Assembly: GCA_951406725.2 (NCBI GenBank)
Contig: OX597814.1
Location: 140,802,001 to 140,866,000, forward strand
From: Octopus vulgaris
Taxonomy: Eukaryota
Length of the DNA: 64,000 nucleotides
Reading direction: 5' to 3'
Part shown: positions 11,605 through 23,697 of the stretch, one piece after another
How positions within the stretch are numbered: the first letter of the stretch is position 1
Layout: each line of letters starts with the position of its first letter
Made by a program: the position numbers and the translations under genes
The notes under the pieces: model-generated
What the model saw: only the letters and a program-made list of their open reading frames with translations
Told to the model about the DNA's origin: nothing
Database searches by the model: none

Positions 11605-11702
11605 GGCGACGGTAAAGAATTCGCACACCCGGTTATTAGGGTTTAGGGTTAGAGTTTTTGTTACGCCGAAAACGGGTGGTGTGCGTATTCTTTACCTTCG
11701 CC
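11605..11702. mobile_element. 98-bp MITE with GGCGA TIRs and perfect 8-bp TSD
   Basis: TIRs GGCGACGGTAAAGAATTCGCACACC / GGTGTGCGTATTCTTTACCTTCGCC; TSD GAAAATTT at 11597-11604 and 11703-11710; internal TTAGGG-like units. Confidence 0.9.
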
Positions 11703-11839
11703 GAAAATTTGATTAAAACATACTCATATTTCTGAAAGTTATGAGGAAACAAAGTCGTCTCGTGTAAATTTTCCGAAATACCTCTCGCAGTCTATGAAAA
11801 ACCTTTGCATAACAAATTCCGATGTAACCGTAATCGTTG

Positions 11840-12011
11840 GCAGCTCGCTTCACCAAGGTGTCAGGTGATGCTCTTGAGAGCACTTGGCTTTTCCAACGCC
11901 TTACCCTCGTCATCGTCCGTGGTAATGCTGCGAGCATGGTAGCTTGCTTCAGCAGGTTCCATTGAACATAGTGGTGTGCAATCATTTGAAGCACTTGGTG
12001 CTGCATTGATA
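11840..12011 (+). mobile_element. 3' end of a CRE-like (RLE-type) non-LTR retrotransposon ORF, copy 2
   Basis: 11840-11965 translates as AARFTKVSGDALESTWLFQRLTLVIVRGNAASMVACFSRFH*. Confidence 0.7.
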
Positions 12012-12110
12012 TATTTTTCTCTCTCCCCTTTTCCCTTTCTTTTGCGGAAACTTATATTATGGAAGAATCATGACTATGCTTTAGGGTTTAATATATCATA
12101 TACATGCGTG

Positions 12111-12152
<42 letters not shown>

Positions 12153-13094
12153 AAATACTTTATATTAAAGGGAATTATCACTTTTGTGAACCCCATTCGT
12201 AATGTACATCATCTGAAAGGTATTTGTAGAAAATTTCATTGAAAAACAACCATTGTTCTGAAAGTTATGAGGAAACAAAGTCGGTAGGCGGTCACGCCTA
12301 TGTAGGTATGCCTAAAACGAATAAAGAAAACATCAAAATTTAGCAGCGTTTTATTTTCTAATTCTTTTTCGTATTTTGCATGAGTATCATAACTTCATAG
12401 TGTTTATTTTCTCACGTATTAGTAACTTCACTTTAGGAAATGACAGCGGGCGGATAAGTACTGTGCGTCATCGTTCATTCCTTGCCTCCTGTCACTTGCC
12501 AACGCAGTAACGATATTTACCATTTCTTCTCCACCACTCATTCTTATATGTGAGGTTGGTTACTATGTAAACAAACCTGTTGCGTCATAAGCCAAGTGAA
12601 AGCGGGGGAACCTCTACTCAGTTCCACAACCTGTTAAAAATAGCAGCTAAATCTTCATCAAGTGACAAACCGTCGTCTTGAAATAAAAAGAAACTATATT
12701 TCTTGAATAACGAAGTTGTAGATACACTATTCCTAAAAATGAAGATGGTTTAGGTATCTAAACAACAATGATAGCTGTCACATAATTAGGCATAATGTTC
12801 TTTCCTGTCCTGAAACTTATATACGACTAAATGCCTTATCATTTCTGCTTACTGAATGGCTAAATGTTATTTCTCTTTAGCAGTACCCAAACCACTATGT
12901 CAGGGAGTGGATGTAAGGAGGTATACCATGAGAGAGAGAGCCCTTGTTTTGTTGTCACATGTTTCAAAGCAACTTCTCTTGATCAAACCCTCCCCCCTCT
13001 TCATATCACCACGTGTCTGGTGTAAAAAAAAAAATGTGGGACTCCCGCTCCCCCTCTCTCTCTCTCTCTCTCTATCTATTTATCTACCAATCTA

Positions 13095-13525
13095 CAAGGT
13101 GCATTCCAGAAGTTTTGAGACTTTTTCACTTGAGACATTTATTAATTTCAAAGAAGTATAAAACTCCCGACTTCAATACGCTTATAGTGCTCCAACCACT
13201 TGGTGAAGGCCTCATGGAAGCCTTCCAAAGTAAAGGTGTCCAAGACCCTTGTCACAACCTCCTTTATCTTCTCTGTCTTCAAAACAACTGCCCCTGAGGT
13301 TCTCCTTCAGTTTGAGGAACTACCAAAAGTCGCAGGGAGTGAGGTTGGGCTGCAAGGAAGGTGAAGGACAGTTTTGATGCCCATCAAAATCTTGGTTACC
13401 AAGATGGAATTGTGAACTGATACATTGTCCTGGTGCAGGTGCCTCCATCCTGAATGGGAAAGCCCTGGCCTTTTGGGTTGAAATCTCCGTCTAAACTCTC
13501 AAAACCTTCACAAAGTACTATTTGC
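13095..13525 (-). pseudogene. mariner (DD34D-type) transposase relic with one TIR
   Basis: Minus strand gives HQDNVSVH...LHLPCSP/NLTPCDFW*FLKLKENLRG (compare HPPYSPDLAPCDF); TA-CAAGGTGCATTCCAGAAGTTTTGAGAC terminus at 13093. Confidence 0.8.
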
Positions 13526-13753
13526 CAATGTGCCATGATGATGCATGTGTAAGATTAAATTTGTCATGGCATATCAGCAATAGTTTTTACACTATTTATA
13601 CATAGTCATAGACTGGTGATTCAGGTATGTGATGTTGATGGCAAAATATTGTTATCCATCACTCTTTTACTCCTGAATTTGATTCAAGGTGAATTGTGTC
13701 GCCTGTCCATGACTTTCAGGTGTTTTAACACCCAGTGTTATGAATTAGTTTAC

Positions 13754-13777
13754 CTCATGCACTATACTGCAGCAAAT
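13754..13777 (-). CDS. Candidate 24-nt microexon (ICCSIVHE, phase 0)
   Basis: tgttgtgtttgtttgccAG|ATTTGCTGCAGTATAGTGCATGAG|GTaaac; only the phase-0 frame is open. Confidence 0.4.
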
Positions 13778-13895
13778 CTGGCAAACAAACACAACACATA
13801 CATTGAGTATGTGCGATCGATAATGTTTACAACACTAGTGCGGCTTTTAATTCATTATTGGATATATATATATATATATGTGTATATGAAGACTT

Positions 13896-14228
13896 ATGGC
13901 TCAGTGGTTAGAGCTTTGGGCTTACAATCATGTGGTTGTCAGTTCAATTCCCAGACCAGTCTGTGTGTTGTGTTCTTGAGCAAGACACTTTATTTCATGT
14001 TGCTCCAATTCACTCAGCTGTAGAAATAAGCTGCAACATTACTGGTACCAAGCTGTATCAGCCTTTGTCTTTCCCTTGAATAACATTGGTGGCATGGAGA
14101 AGGGAGGCTGGTATGCGTGGGTGACTGTTGATCTTCCATAAACAACCATGCCCAGACTTGTGCCTTGGAGGGTAACTTTCTAGCTGCAATCCAATGATCA
14201 TTCAAGACTGAAGGGTATCTTTACCCTA
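13896..14228 (+). mobile_element. tRNA-derived SINE with Meta/V-like core (family D); further copies at ~15066-15397, 15543-15845 and 31115-31245
   Basis: GGCTCAGTGGTTAGAGC (A box), AGTTCAATTCCC (B box), TTGTGTTCTTGAGCAAGACACTTT core and TTTACC tail. Confidence 0.75.
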
Positions 14229-14339
14229 TATATATGTTCACTTGCTATCAAATATGACCAATTTTCGAGCTCCTGTCCTCTTTCCTTTTAAACATGTAAT
14301 GCCTACCTTTCATGGGCTCTCGCAAAGATGAAAATATCT

Positions 14340-14728
14340 ATTAGGTTGGCAAGGCCGAGATTTCATCTCTTATACACAAACCACTTGCACAAAGGACACA
14401 GCTGCATGGACAACCATGGAATTGTAACCGTTTCTGTCTATACCATCTCTTCTGTTTGCCCTCACAAGCAAAGAAACTATGGACATACCAGATTTTCATT
14501 GTTGCACACATGACGCCTTGTACCCAACTTCAATTTCTCTGTTCTTTACCCCCCTTTTCTAGACTTCCTCTTTACACAACGGATAATTCACATCTGGGAG
14601 TTTTTCTTTATGCGGCATTTTAGATTGCATCTGGTTAACCCTGCAAAGTTTGGTAAAAGATACATTGAGAAATGGCAACGTTGTTTCAAGATAACACAGA
14701 CAAACATCAATGCTTATAGCTATAGATT
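14340..14728 (+). mobile_element. Possible non-autonomous Helitron 3' fragment
   Basis: Ends GCAAAGTTTGGTAAAAG...ACAGACAAACATCAATGCTTATAGCTATAGAT, resembling invertebrate Helitron-N ends (recognition only). Confidence 0.3.
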
Positions 14729-16129
14729 TGATTAAGGCTTTAAGAATAGTACAAAGATTATTATTTTATTAGTTTTATTAGTTTTTTATTTTTTAGTTTT
14801 ACATAATGGTTCTTTTCTGGTGATTTTCCACCAGTTCATAGATTTTTTAAAGACTGCAGTGAAAACATAATGGTTGAAAGTCTGAATGTCTTTAATTACA
14901 TGGAAGCAGAACATAGCCATGTCTGTTCAGTGAGGTGGTGGTGGTGGTGGTAGTGGTAGTTGTGGTTTGTTAGTGATGTGTGCAATGGTAGCTGTAAATG
15001 TTGTAGTGGTTGTATTGGTCAAGGAGTGACTATTGGTATTGCTGACTATGATATTATGAATCAAGGCTCAGTGGTTAGAGCATTGTGCTCACAATCATGA
15101 GGTAGTGAGTTCAATTCCCAGACTGGACTGTGTGTTGTATTCTTGAGCAAGACACTTTATTTCACACCCAGTTCACCCAGTTGTAGAAATGAGTTGTGAC
15201 GTCACTGGTGCCAAGCTGCATCAGCCATTGCTTTTCACTTTGGATAACATCGGTGGTGTAGGATGGAGAGGCTGGTATGCATGAGTGACTGCTGGTCTTC
15301 CATAAACAACCTTGTCCAGACTCGTGCCGGGGAGGGTAACTTTCTAGTGCAATCCAATGGTCATTGATGACTGAAGGAGGTCTTTACCTTTACCTTACAA
15401 TAGTATGATTGGCATTGCGCTATGTATTAAATTAGTTACAGAAAAGGCCTGCAGTAAGCCATGCACCTTCACACACACAACAGATGTCTTTCATTTTCCA
15501 TCAACCAAATCTACTCACATGGGCCTCATTTAGGCCATCCCTGGCTTAGTGGTAAGGGTGTTTGGTTCACAATCATAAGGTCATGAGTTCAATTCCCAGT
15601 GGTGCATTGTGTCCTTGAGCAAGACACTTTATTTCACGTTTTCTCCAGTCCACTCAACTGGAAAAAATGAGTTGTACCTGTATTTCAATAGGCCGGGCTT
15701 GTTGCATTCTGTGTCATGTTGAATCTCCCTGAGAACTATATTAAGGGTATGTTTCTGAGGAGTGCTCAACCATTTGCATGTTAATTTCATGAGCAGGATG
15801 TTCTGTTTATCAGATCCACTTGGATACCAGTCATGGTAACCAAAGGACTGCTAGTGCATGTGTGTATGTGTGTGTGCATGCTTGCATGTGTCTGTGCGTC
15901 CATGCATGTGTGTGTTTTTGACTCATAGTTGTAAATTCATAAGATTGTGAGTTCAATTTTGGCAGCACATTGTGTTCTTGAGCAAGACACTTTATTTCAC
16001 ATTGCTCTAGACCACTCAGCTGGCAAAAGAAATGAGTCATGCCTGTAATTCAAAGGACCAGCCTCGTCACATTCTCTGCTATGCTGAATCTCCCTGAGAA
16101 CTACGTGAAGGGTATGCATGTCTGGAAGG

Positions 16130-16357
16130 CTATGAGTTTGCAGAAACGTTAGCATGCCAGGCGAAATGCGTAGCTGTATTTCGTCTGCTGTTACGTTCTG
16201 AGTTCAAATTCCGTCAAGGTCGACTTTGCCTTCCATCCTTTCAGGGTCGATAAATTAAGTACCAGTGACACACTGGGGTCGATGTAACCAACTTAATCCG
16301 TTTGTCTGTACTTGTTTGTCCCCTCTATGTTTAGCCCCTTGTGGGCAATAAAGAAAT
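16130..16357 (+). mobile_element. SINE family B with Nin/Deu-like core; other copies at ~7960, 17245, 39413, 43525, 53962 and 55250
   Basis: GAGTTCAAATTCC B box followed by GTCGACTTTGCCTTCCATCCTTTCAGGGTCGATAAATTAAGTACCAG. Confidence 0.8.
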
Positions 16358-16951
16358 AGGTATGCATGTCTGGTGTGCTCATCCACTTGCTAATTTCATG
16401 AGCAGGCTGTTCTGTTGATGGGGCCAACTAGAATCCTTATGATTGTAACTGACAGAGAGCTGATCTTTCTGCAAATCCACCATCCTAGATTAGTACCTTA
16501 TCTATTAACCTCAAAAGAATGTAAGACAGAGTTGGCTTTGGTGGGACTGAACTCAGTATGCAGGGAGTCAGATCAAATACTGCAAGACATTCTCCCCAAC
16601 ACTTTAATGACTCTGCCAATTTGCAATCTATTTTAAAAATCAGTCTTGTGATCCACATAAAGAAATCAATAATTAAAAGTAAAAACAAAAAATAAAAAAT
16701 AATAATCAATAATTAATTAGAGAAGAAACCCTAGACAAGTAAACTTTAACGAGAAACAAGTAAACTTAAGTTATTTTTATTTCAAGGACGTGATATAACA
16801 TCTATGGCGGGATAGCAACAATAATAATCCGTTCTACTATAGGCACAAAGTCTGAAATTTTCAGGGAGGGGAATAGTCAATTTCATTGATCCCAGGGTTT
16901 GACTGGAGCTCATTTCACCAAACCCTGAAAGGATAAAAGGCAAAGTCATCT

Positions 16952-16985
<34 letters not shown>

Positions 16986-17188
16986 CAACAACAACAACAA
17001 TAATGATTTCAAATTTTTGCCACAAGGGCAGCTTGTGGGAGGGGATTGTGAGTTCAATGGCATTGACCCCAGTGTGCAACTGGTACTTATTTAATCAACC
17101 CTGAAAGGATGAAAGGAAAAGTCAACCTTGGTAGAATACCACTAAGCATTTTGCCCAGCATGTTAACAATTCTGCCAGTTCGCCGCTT

Positions 17189-17237
<49 letters not shown>

Positions 17238-17543
17238 TAGTAATCCTTTCTACTAAAAGCACAAGGTCTGAAATTTTGGGGGAGGGGACTGACCGATTAT
17301 ATCGACCCCAGTGTTTCACTGATACTTAATTTATTGATCCCGAAACAATGAAAGGCAAAGTTGTCCTTGGCGGAATTTGAACTCAGAACGCAGTGACGAG
17401 CGAAACACCACTAAGCATTTCACATGGCCCACCACCTTATGATAATGATAATAATAATCATAACTGTAGTAGTAGTAGTAGTAGTAGTAGTAGCGGTAGT
17501 GGTGGTGGTGGTGGTGGTAGTAGTAGTAGTGGTAGTGGTGTTG

Positions 17544-17583
<40 letters not shown>

Positions 17584-18061
17584 CAGCAGTAATTTAAAAT
17601 TTTGGCACCAGGCCAGTAATTTCAGAGGAGGTGTAAGTTGTTTACTTCAACCTTGTATTCAACTGGTACTTAGTTTATTGATCCTGAAAGAAGAAAGACA
17701 AAGTTGATCTCAATGGAATTTCAACTCAGAACATAAAGACAGACAAAAGTGTCACTAAGCATTTCACCTGGCATGCTAATGATTCTGCCCATTTGCCACC
17801 TTAATAGTAGGAGTAATTATAATGAGCTTATTGTATGTAGTATTTAGGTGCACTACAAAAAAATAAAGAGTGAAAAGGAGGAGCAAAAGCAGCAAGTTAA
17901 ATAAAGAGATGAGCAATGATGACCAAAAATGCATGCACAGAACACAGAACACAGAACAAAATGCAAAAAGACAGAAAAGTGAACAGCAATAAGCATAATG
18001 AAAACTAAAAGTACATGCACAGTGAATGGTAAATGAGCCATAACAAAGAAAGGGTGCATAC

Positions 18062-18094
18062 ATTGGTGTGTCAGGAGTAGTGGGCTGCAGTGCC
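18062..18094 (-). CDS. Candidate 33-nt cassette exon (ALQPTTPDTP or HCSPLLLTHQ)
   Basis: ttttacccattgttagctgacAG|GGCACTG...ACACCAAT|GTatgc; length divisible by 3; TGCATG motifs downstream at 18014-18019 and 17932-17937. Confidence 0.4.
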
Positions 18095-18834
18095 CTGTCA
18101 GCTAACAATGGGTAAAAGTAGTTTATTCTATGCTTTAACAACAATAATCCAACCATTACTCCTCCTATTGCTTATTGAGAAAGGTCTTGTTACTTTGACA
18201 TAAGGTCCTTTTAATAAGAAAGAGTTTAACCTATATATTAACATTGATACTATTTTATAGTTACAAAGAGGTGAAAATCAAATTTGAGCTATAAAAATTT
18301 GAGATGTTTGTATATCTACTATGTAGATTTACATATATTATATCATATCTTGATACTGTCTTGATTGGGCTCCCCATTGACCGACTTCTGATATTAAAGT
18401 GAATGAATTGAGAAATAAGGAAGGCTTCAAACAAAGCAGAAAGTTTTAAAAGCCTTTATATTTCATCTGCAAAGGCCTAGCTTCACAAGAATACAGTCAA
18501 AGAAACATGTATTTGTATAGATCCTGCAATTTTGGATGGTCCAAAATGGCATGATCTATTGTAGTACATTCATGTTGCTCTAATTAACTCAGCTGTAAAT
18601 GATTAGCCCTGTAACTGAAATGTTGTTTAGGAGAAATGTTATTTTGGTCAGTTATATGTTATCGAAAACATGTCTTAGGATTCAAGACAGTACTTACTTG
18701 GGTAATGAACCGTCTAAATCTTACAGCATTTGTTTCCGCTCTTTGCATACTTAGTTCAATTCCCACCATAGCCTATGTGGGTGGTAGACTTAATCCACTG
18801 CCTAGTGTAACATTGTCACCTACATTAGCAGAGT

Positions 18835-19225
18835 CCACAGGGCTCGGTCACTTGTCATTGCTTCTGTGAGGCCCAACATTTGAAGGTCGTGCTTAACCAC
18901 CTCATTCCACGTCTTCTTGGATCTACCTCTTCCACAGGTTCCCTCCACTGTTAGAATGTGACACTTCTTCACACAGCTGTCCTCATCCCTGCACAACACA
19001 TGCTCATACCAGCGCAGTCGTCTTTCTTACACACCACATCTGATGCTTCTTATCTACTACTTTTCTCTCAGGATGCTTACACTCTGTTGTGCATGCTCAC
19101 TGATATTACACATCCATGGAGCATACTAGCTTCATTTCTTTCAAGCCTACTCATGTCCTCAGCATGTCACAGCCCATGTTTCACTGCTGTATAGCATGGC
19201 TGTTTGCACACATGCATCATATAGT
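18835..19225 (-). mobile_element. RTE-clade LINE 3' relic
   Basis: Minus strand gives VEGTCGRGRSKKTWNEVVKHDLQMLGLTEAMTSDRALW. Confidence 0.75.
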
Positions 19226-19443
19226 CTCAAGTGATTTTACTTTCTATCTTAGGTCTTAACGCCAATGTTGAAGCAAACTGACCAGCCAGAAATAACAGTC
19301 ATATATTCCTCAAATCACACCCTAACATTTTTTTCAAACAAATGCGATGATTACGGCCAGACTGCCTTTGACTATAGGTCTACAAAGTTAAAGTTGACCT
19401 GAGTGAGCTTAAACAACTTCAACAGCACCACTATTGATTTACT

Positions 19444-19655
19444 CATCATCATCATCACCATCTTCCTCATCATCATACCATCCTCCTCCTCCTCCTCCTT
19501 ACCACCATCGTCATCATCCTCATCATCATCATCATCATTGGCATCATCATCGTTATCATCATCGTTGTCATCATCATCGTTGTCATCATCATTATCATCA
19601 TTATCATCATCATCATCATCATCATCATCATTATCATCATCATCATCATCATCAT
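19444..19655. repeat. (CAT)n microsatellite
   Basis: Directly visible; source of the poly-S/H/M ORFs. Confidence 0.95.
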
Positions 19656-20989
19656 CCTTTTACATTCACCATCCATGCTGGCAGGGGTTACATGATTCAC
19701 CCCACAGTTTAGGTCAGTTGTTGATTTAATAATAATGTATACATTGCAAAATAACAACATGGATCTGTAACAGAAGCTATGTCTGATATACTTGGTACTA
19801 CAGCAGCATGTTAAGAGTCCAAGCAATATTAATTATTTGGCTATAATGAAATAGCAATATCTGCAATATATTTGATAAATAAGAGTAAATAATGTTTTAT
19901 TGACAGTCGATGAACTGAAGACAAATGTGTGTTTCATTGATTGATTGACCGATAAATCCAGTCATGCCAGATATCTATGGAAAGTGTGTCAGGAAAGAAA
20001 TTTAAGTTTCTTCTCATCTTATAGATTTTAGCAGTTGTTTTAATATCCTGTCGATGTGATGTAATTATTTGGCCTGTGGCTTTTACATGTGACTGTTAGT
20101 CTTATAAACTATTAAAGTTCCTAGTTTCAAGACAGTTATTAGCATGAGTCTTGTGAAACTGATATTCATATCGGTCATCTTAGTAATATAGTTACTTGTC
20201 ATATTTGATAAAGAATCATCTTCATCACCATCATTACCATCATCGTAATCATTTAATGCCCATGTTCTGTGCTGGCAGGATCCGATGAGCTCAAAGACTG
20301 CTTCTTGCTCCAATGTCTGCTTTGAAATGGTTTCTGCTACCAGATGTTTTTTCTGATGTCATCCACTTTAATTTGTGTACTGAGTGCTTTCTTTTTTTGT
20401 GTGTCTCCAGCACTAGTGAGACTGTCATACAGTTTACAACACTACAAACCTCAAAGGGACAATTTTATGCAAGGAAATGAAGGGTAATAGAAGAGTAAAA
20501 GTATGAAAGGACCAGAGTAGAACATGTTTGTTGCTGCAGAAAAGCTACATGACTACTTACATTTTAGAAGAGTGGGTGAGAGTGAATATGAATTAAAATT
20601 CTGTTGAGATTGCTTTCGTCTTTCAATCTTTTCAGAAGCAATAAAATAGTCTGATATTGGGATTGATCTCAGTGGTTGTACCTACTCCCTGCATTTGAGG
20701 CTTCGTGTCTTTGTAAGAAACTAACTCTTATGTTATTTAAAGCACTAGTACAATCACTTTGTGGTCAAGTGTTTGAGTGTTTGATGAAGGAGCAGAAGCA
20801 TAGGATTGCATTGACTATTTAGTCTGTCCTGCTGAGAACATGACAACCTCTCTAGTGCTGGTGTCATGATAAAGTGCACCCAGTACATTTTGTGAAGTGA
20901 GTAGGGTTAGAAAGGCGGACGTCTAGAGGCGGGCGAAGGCTGATGATGATGATTATGATGCTGATGATGCTGATGATGATGATGATGAT

Positions 20990-21560
20990 GATTAATGCTC
21001 TGATGCAGTACCAGGCAGAGGTTCTCATGGCTTTTGATCTAAACTGATTGGAAGTGTTACCATGTACATTGTTTTGTATAAAAGATGAGCTACAGCAAAT
21101 ATTCTGTTCAATACTGCAGATTTGCTTGTCAGTTGCTTGACTATAATCAGTTGAGCATATCTTATAGTGGCCGACAATATATGAATCTCTGATCATGAGC
21201 AGAAGCAATGGGAGATCATCATAGCCATGTGTTGAGAGAAATTCTTTGGGGTTTGAATAATACACTTCTGGAAACATGGGTGTTTTGTTCATCATCCTTA
21301 AACAACCCTTATTCAGGGACCTTTTGAGTGGGATGGGCTACTCAACATGAAGAAAATTCTAACTGGGTTCCACCTGCAAGGTCATGTGCTGTTTATCTTG
21401 ATATAAGATCACTATGTCGTGCACATATGGTTGTCGGCATGTGCCTGGTGTACTCTTATCAGACAGGTAGTCATGATGGGTATATTGGGCTTCGTATATT
21501 TTACTCCAGTGTCACTTTGATGGCATGTGCTGCTCTCTCATTCAATGATAACAACAACAG
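20990..21560 (+). repeat. Dispersed interspersed repeat with an (AAT/AAC)n tail; inverted partial copy at 38925-39250
   Basis: CCTTAAACAACCCTTATTCAGGGACCTTTTGAG...CTCTCATTCAAT matches the reverse complement of 38925-39180. Confidence 0.7.
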
Positions 21561-21563
21561 CAA

Positions 21564-23120
21564 TAATATAATAGATGCTGCTACACCAGTCATTGGGTAT
21601 AACTCCTTCATTATCTACCTGATTTATGATGCAGGTGACAAGACCATAACCCACTCTGCCTGATATTTTAAGCATCTCAATGGTGATTCCTGATGGGCCA
21701 GGTGCTTTCCGTGTCTTCATATCCTTAATTGCTTTATCTGTTGATTTGGGTAGCTGGTCCCTCAATTGGGTCAACCTTTGGCAGACTCTCCTCCTCCCAT
21801 TCATTCTCCACATTCAACAGTCTTTCATTATAGCATTTCCAAGACTCTTTCTTTGCAGTATCATTAAATGCAAGTGAACCATCATCCATGCAGATATATT
21901 TCTCTCCTATGACATCACGGTTTTCTCTCACACACTGTCTTGCAATCTGAAACACTTCAGTTCTTTGGTCCTCACATTGCTGAACATTGGCAAACTTCTT
22001 CTTTTCTGCTACTCCTATATATACCTGTCTCCTAGCTTCCCTTTTGGTTATCTGATACACTCTCCTGCTACCCCCCACTCTTCCAGGCCTTCCAAGCCTG
22101 TTTCTTTACTCTAATGGCTCTGTCTACAGTATTGTTCCACCACCATGTTACCCTAGCTCTAGAAGGGACTTTGCACCAGCCACAGATTTGGTCTGTGGCA
22201 CTTAACAAGCTGTCTCACAGGAACTCCCGGCTGCCTTCTATGTTACAGGACTGTAGCTCCTTCTCCCTATCATCAAATTTCTTGGTAAGGATATCTCTAA
22301 ACCTCTGACCATGTGAAGGGTTCTTAAGCCTCCAATCCTTCTTTTCCAGATTGGTCTGCTTTTTGGCATCCTTCTGGCCTCGAGTCTGACGTCACTAATA
22401 ACTAATGTATGCAGGTGGGTACATTCTTCATCAGGGAGGGTTTTTGTATTTAAGAGCAACCATGCATCCCACTGTCTGGTGAGGATGAAATCAATCTGGC
22501 TAGCAGAGTCACCAGATTGATAGGTTACCAGGTGGCTAGCTGGCTTCCTGAAGTTGGTGTTGCAGATCAATAGGTTATTTGCATTGCAGAACTCCAGGAT
22601 CCTAGTTCCCTCTTAATTTCTGGTACCAACTCCATGGCCCCGATGTACACCATGGAAGATACCAGGTTGTTGTCCAACCTGTCCATTAAAATCCCCAGCC
22701 ACAAAGATGAGATCATTGTTATTTGTCTTTGAGGCAGCCTGCAGAAGAATATCATAAAAGTGATCCTTCTGTTCATTTGGTAGGCCCGCTTATGGGGTAT
22801 AGTCAGAGATAATTGTAGCTGTACCATTCTGCAAGACTAGCCTGAGTTTAAGTCCTGTATCGCACACCCTCACTACCTTTATGACCTTATCCACCCATTT
22901 ATCTGCAAGAAGTATGCCCACACCACATATTCCATCACTATTACCTTCCCAGAAGAATTTATACCTATGTGCTTTGCCTTTGAGGACTCTAGCTGAAGCT
23001 CCTTTCCACCTTACCTCTTGTACACAACATACATCAACATGTCTCCATTCAAGCATCTATACAATCTTGCTAGACCTACTTTTCAATGTGCCTAATTTAT
23101 AGTGCCAACTCTGAAAACTG
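21564..23120 (-). pseudogene. RTE-clade LINE ORF relic (APE endonuclease to start of RT), with frameshifts
   Basis: CCVQEVRWKG, GVGILL, FVAGDFNG, ICNTNFRK...TYQSG..SQIDFIL, KVTWWWN and KAPGPSGI motifs across the ORFs 23056->21538. Confidence 0.92.
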
Positions 23121-23229
23121 GGAAAGTGATATGGGAGGTAATACAGGAAGGAGTGATGTTATTCAGTATATGAAAAGAAGGTTCCCATGATTGTTTGGTA
23201 ACAGATGTCGTAATAGTTGTACTGGCATC

Positions 23230-23697
23230 AATGTGTTCATATAGAATTAGCATTTCTCAAAATCAAGTGTGGAAAACAACATCCATAATGTTGTGTCTGT
23301 TTTCATTAATGCATTTCTGAAAGCTTGTCTGATGCATTCCACATTTTCTGGGGTGTGTACCATTCATGGTGCCCCTACCAGTCTCCTATTCATTAGTGTA
23401 CCTCGTGTACAAAATGCATTCACTCAATGTAAGATTGTGTTATGGGTGGGAGCAGCCTGATTTTGGCGAATGTTGAAGTGATGCTGAAACTCATACTGAA
23501 CTGCTGTGACAGGCTTGTTATTCTTCAGGTAGCTATCATAGGCAAACATATGATGTTCTATCATCCACAGCGCCATGGCTTTATCTGAAATGAAAAAAAA
23601 AAATGCCAAGACACCACAGACTGAATGATACCTGTTAGACATATGTCCCTCCCACTGGGACTGGGTAATAGCCATTTGAAAAACATCTATACTCTAC
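23230..23697 (-). pseudogene. Tc1/mariner-superfamily transposase N-terminal HTH relic (DUF4817-like)
   Basis: W.IEHHMFAYDSYLKNNKPVTAVQYEFQHHFNIRQNQAAPTHNTILH, followed by G.P..V.TPENV..IRQAF-like sequence. Confidence 0.7.

Noticed and set aside
19403-19826. Poly-His/Ser/Met ORFs (also 32362-32799), superficially like His-rich beak or Met-rich reflectin proteins
   Set aside because: Pure (CAT)n microsatellite open in several frames on both strands; no splice signals or reflectin motif
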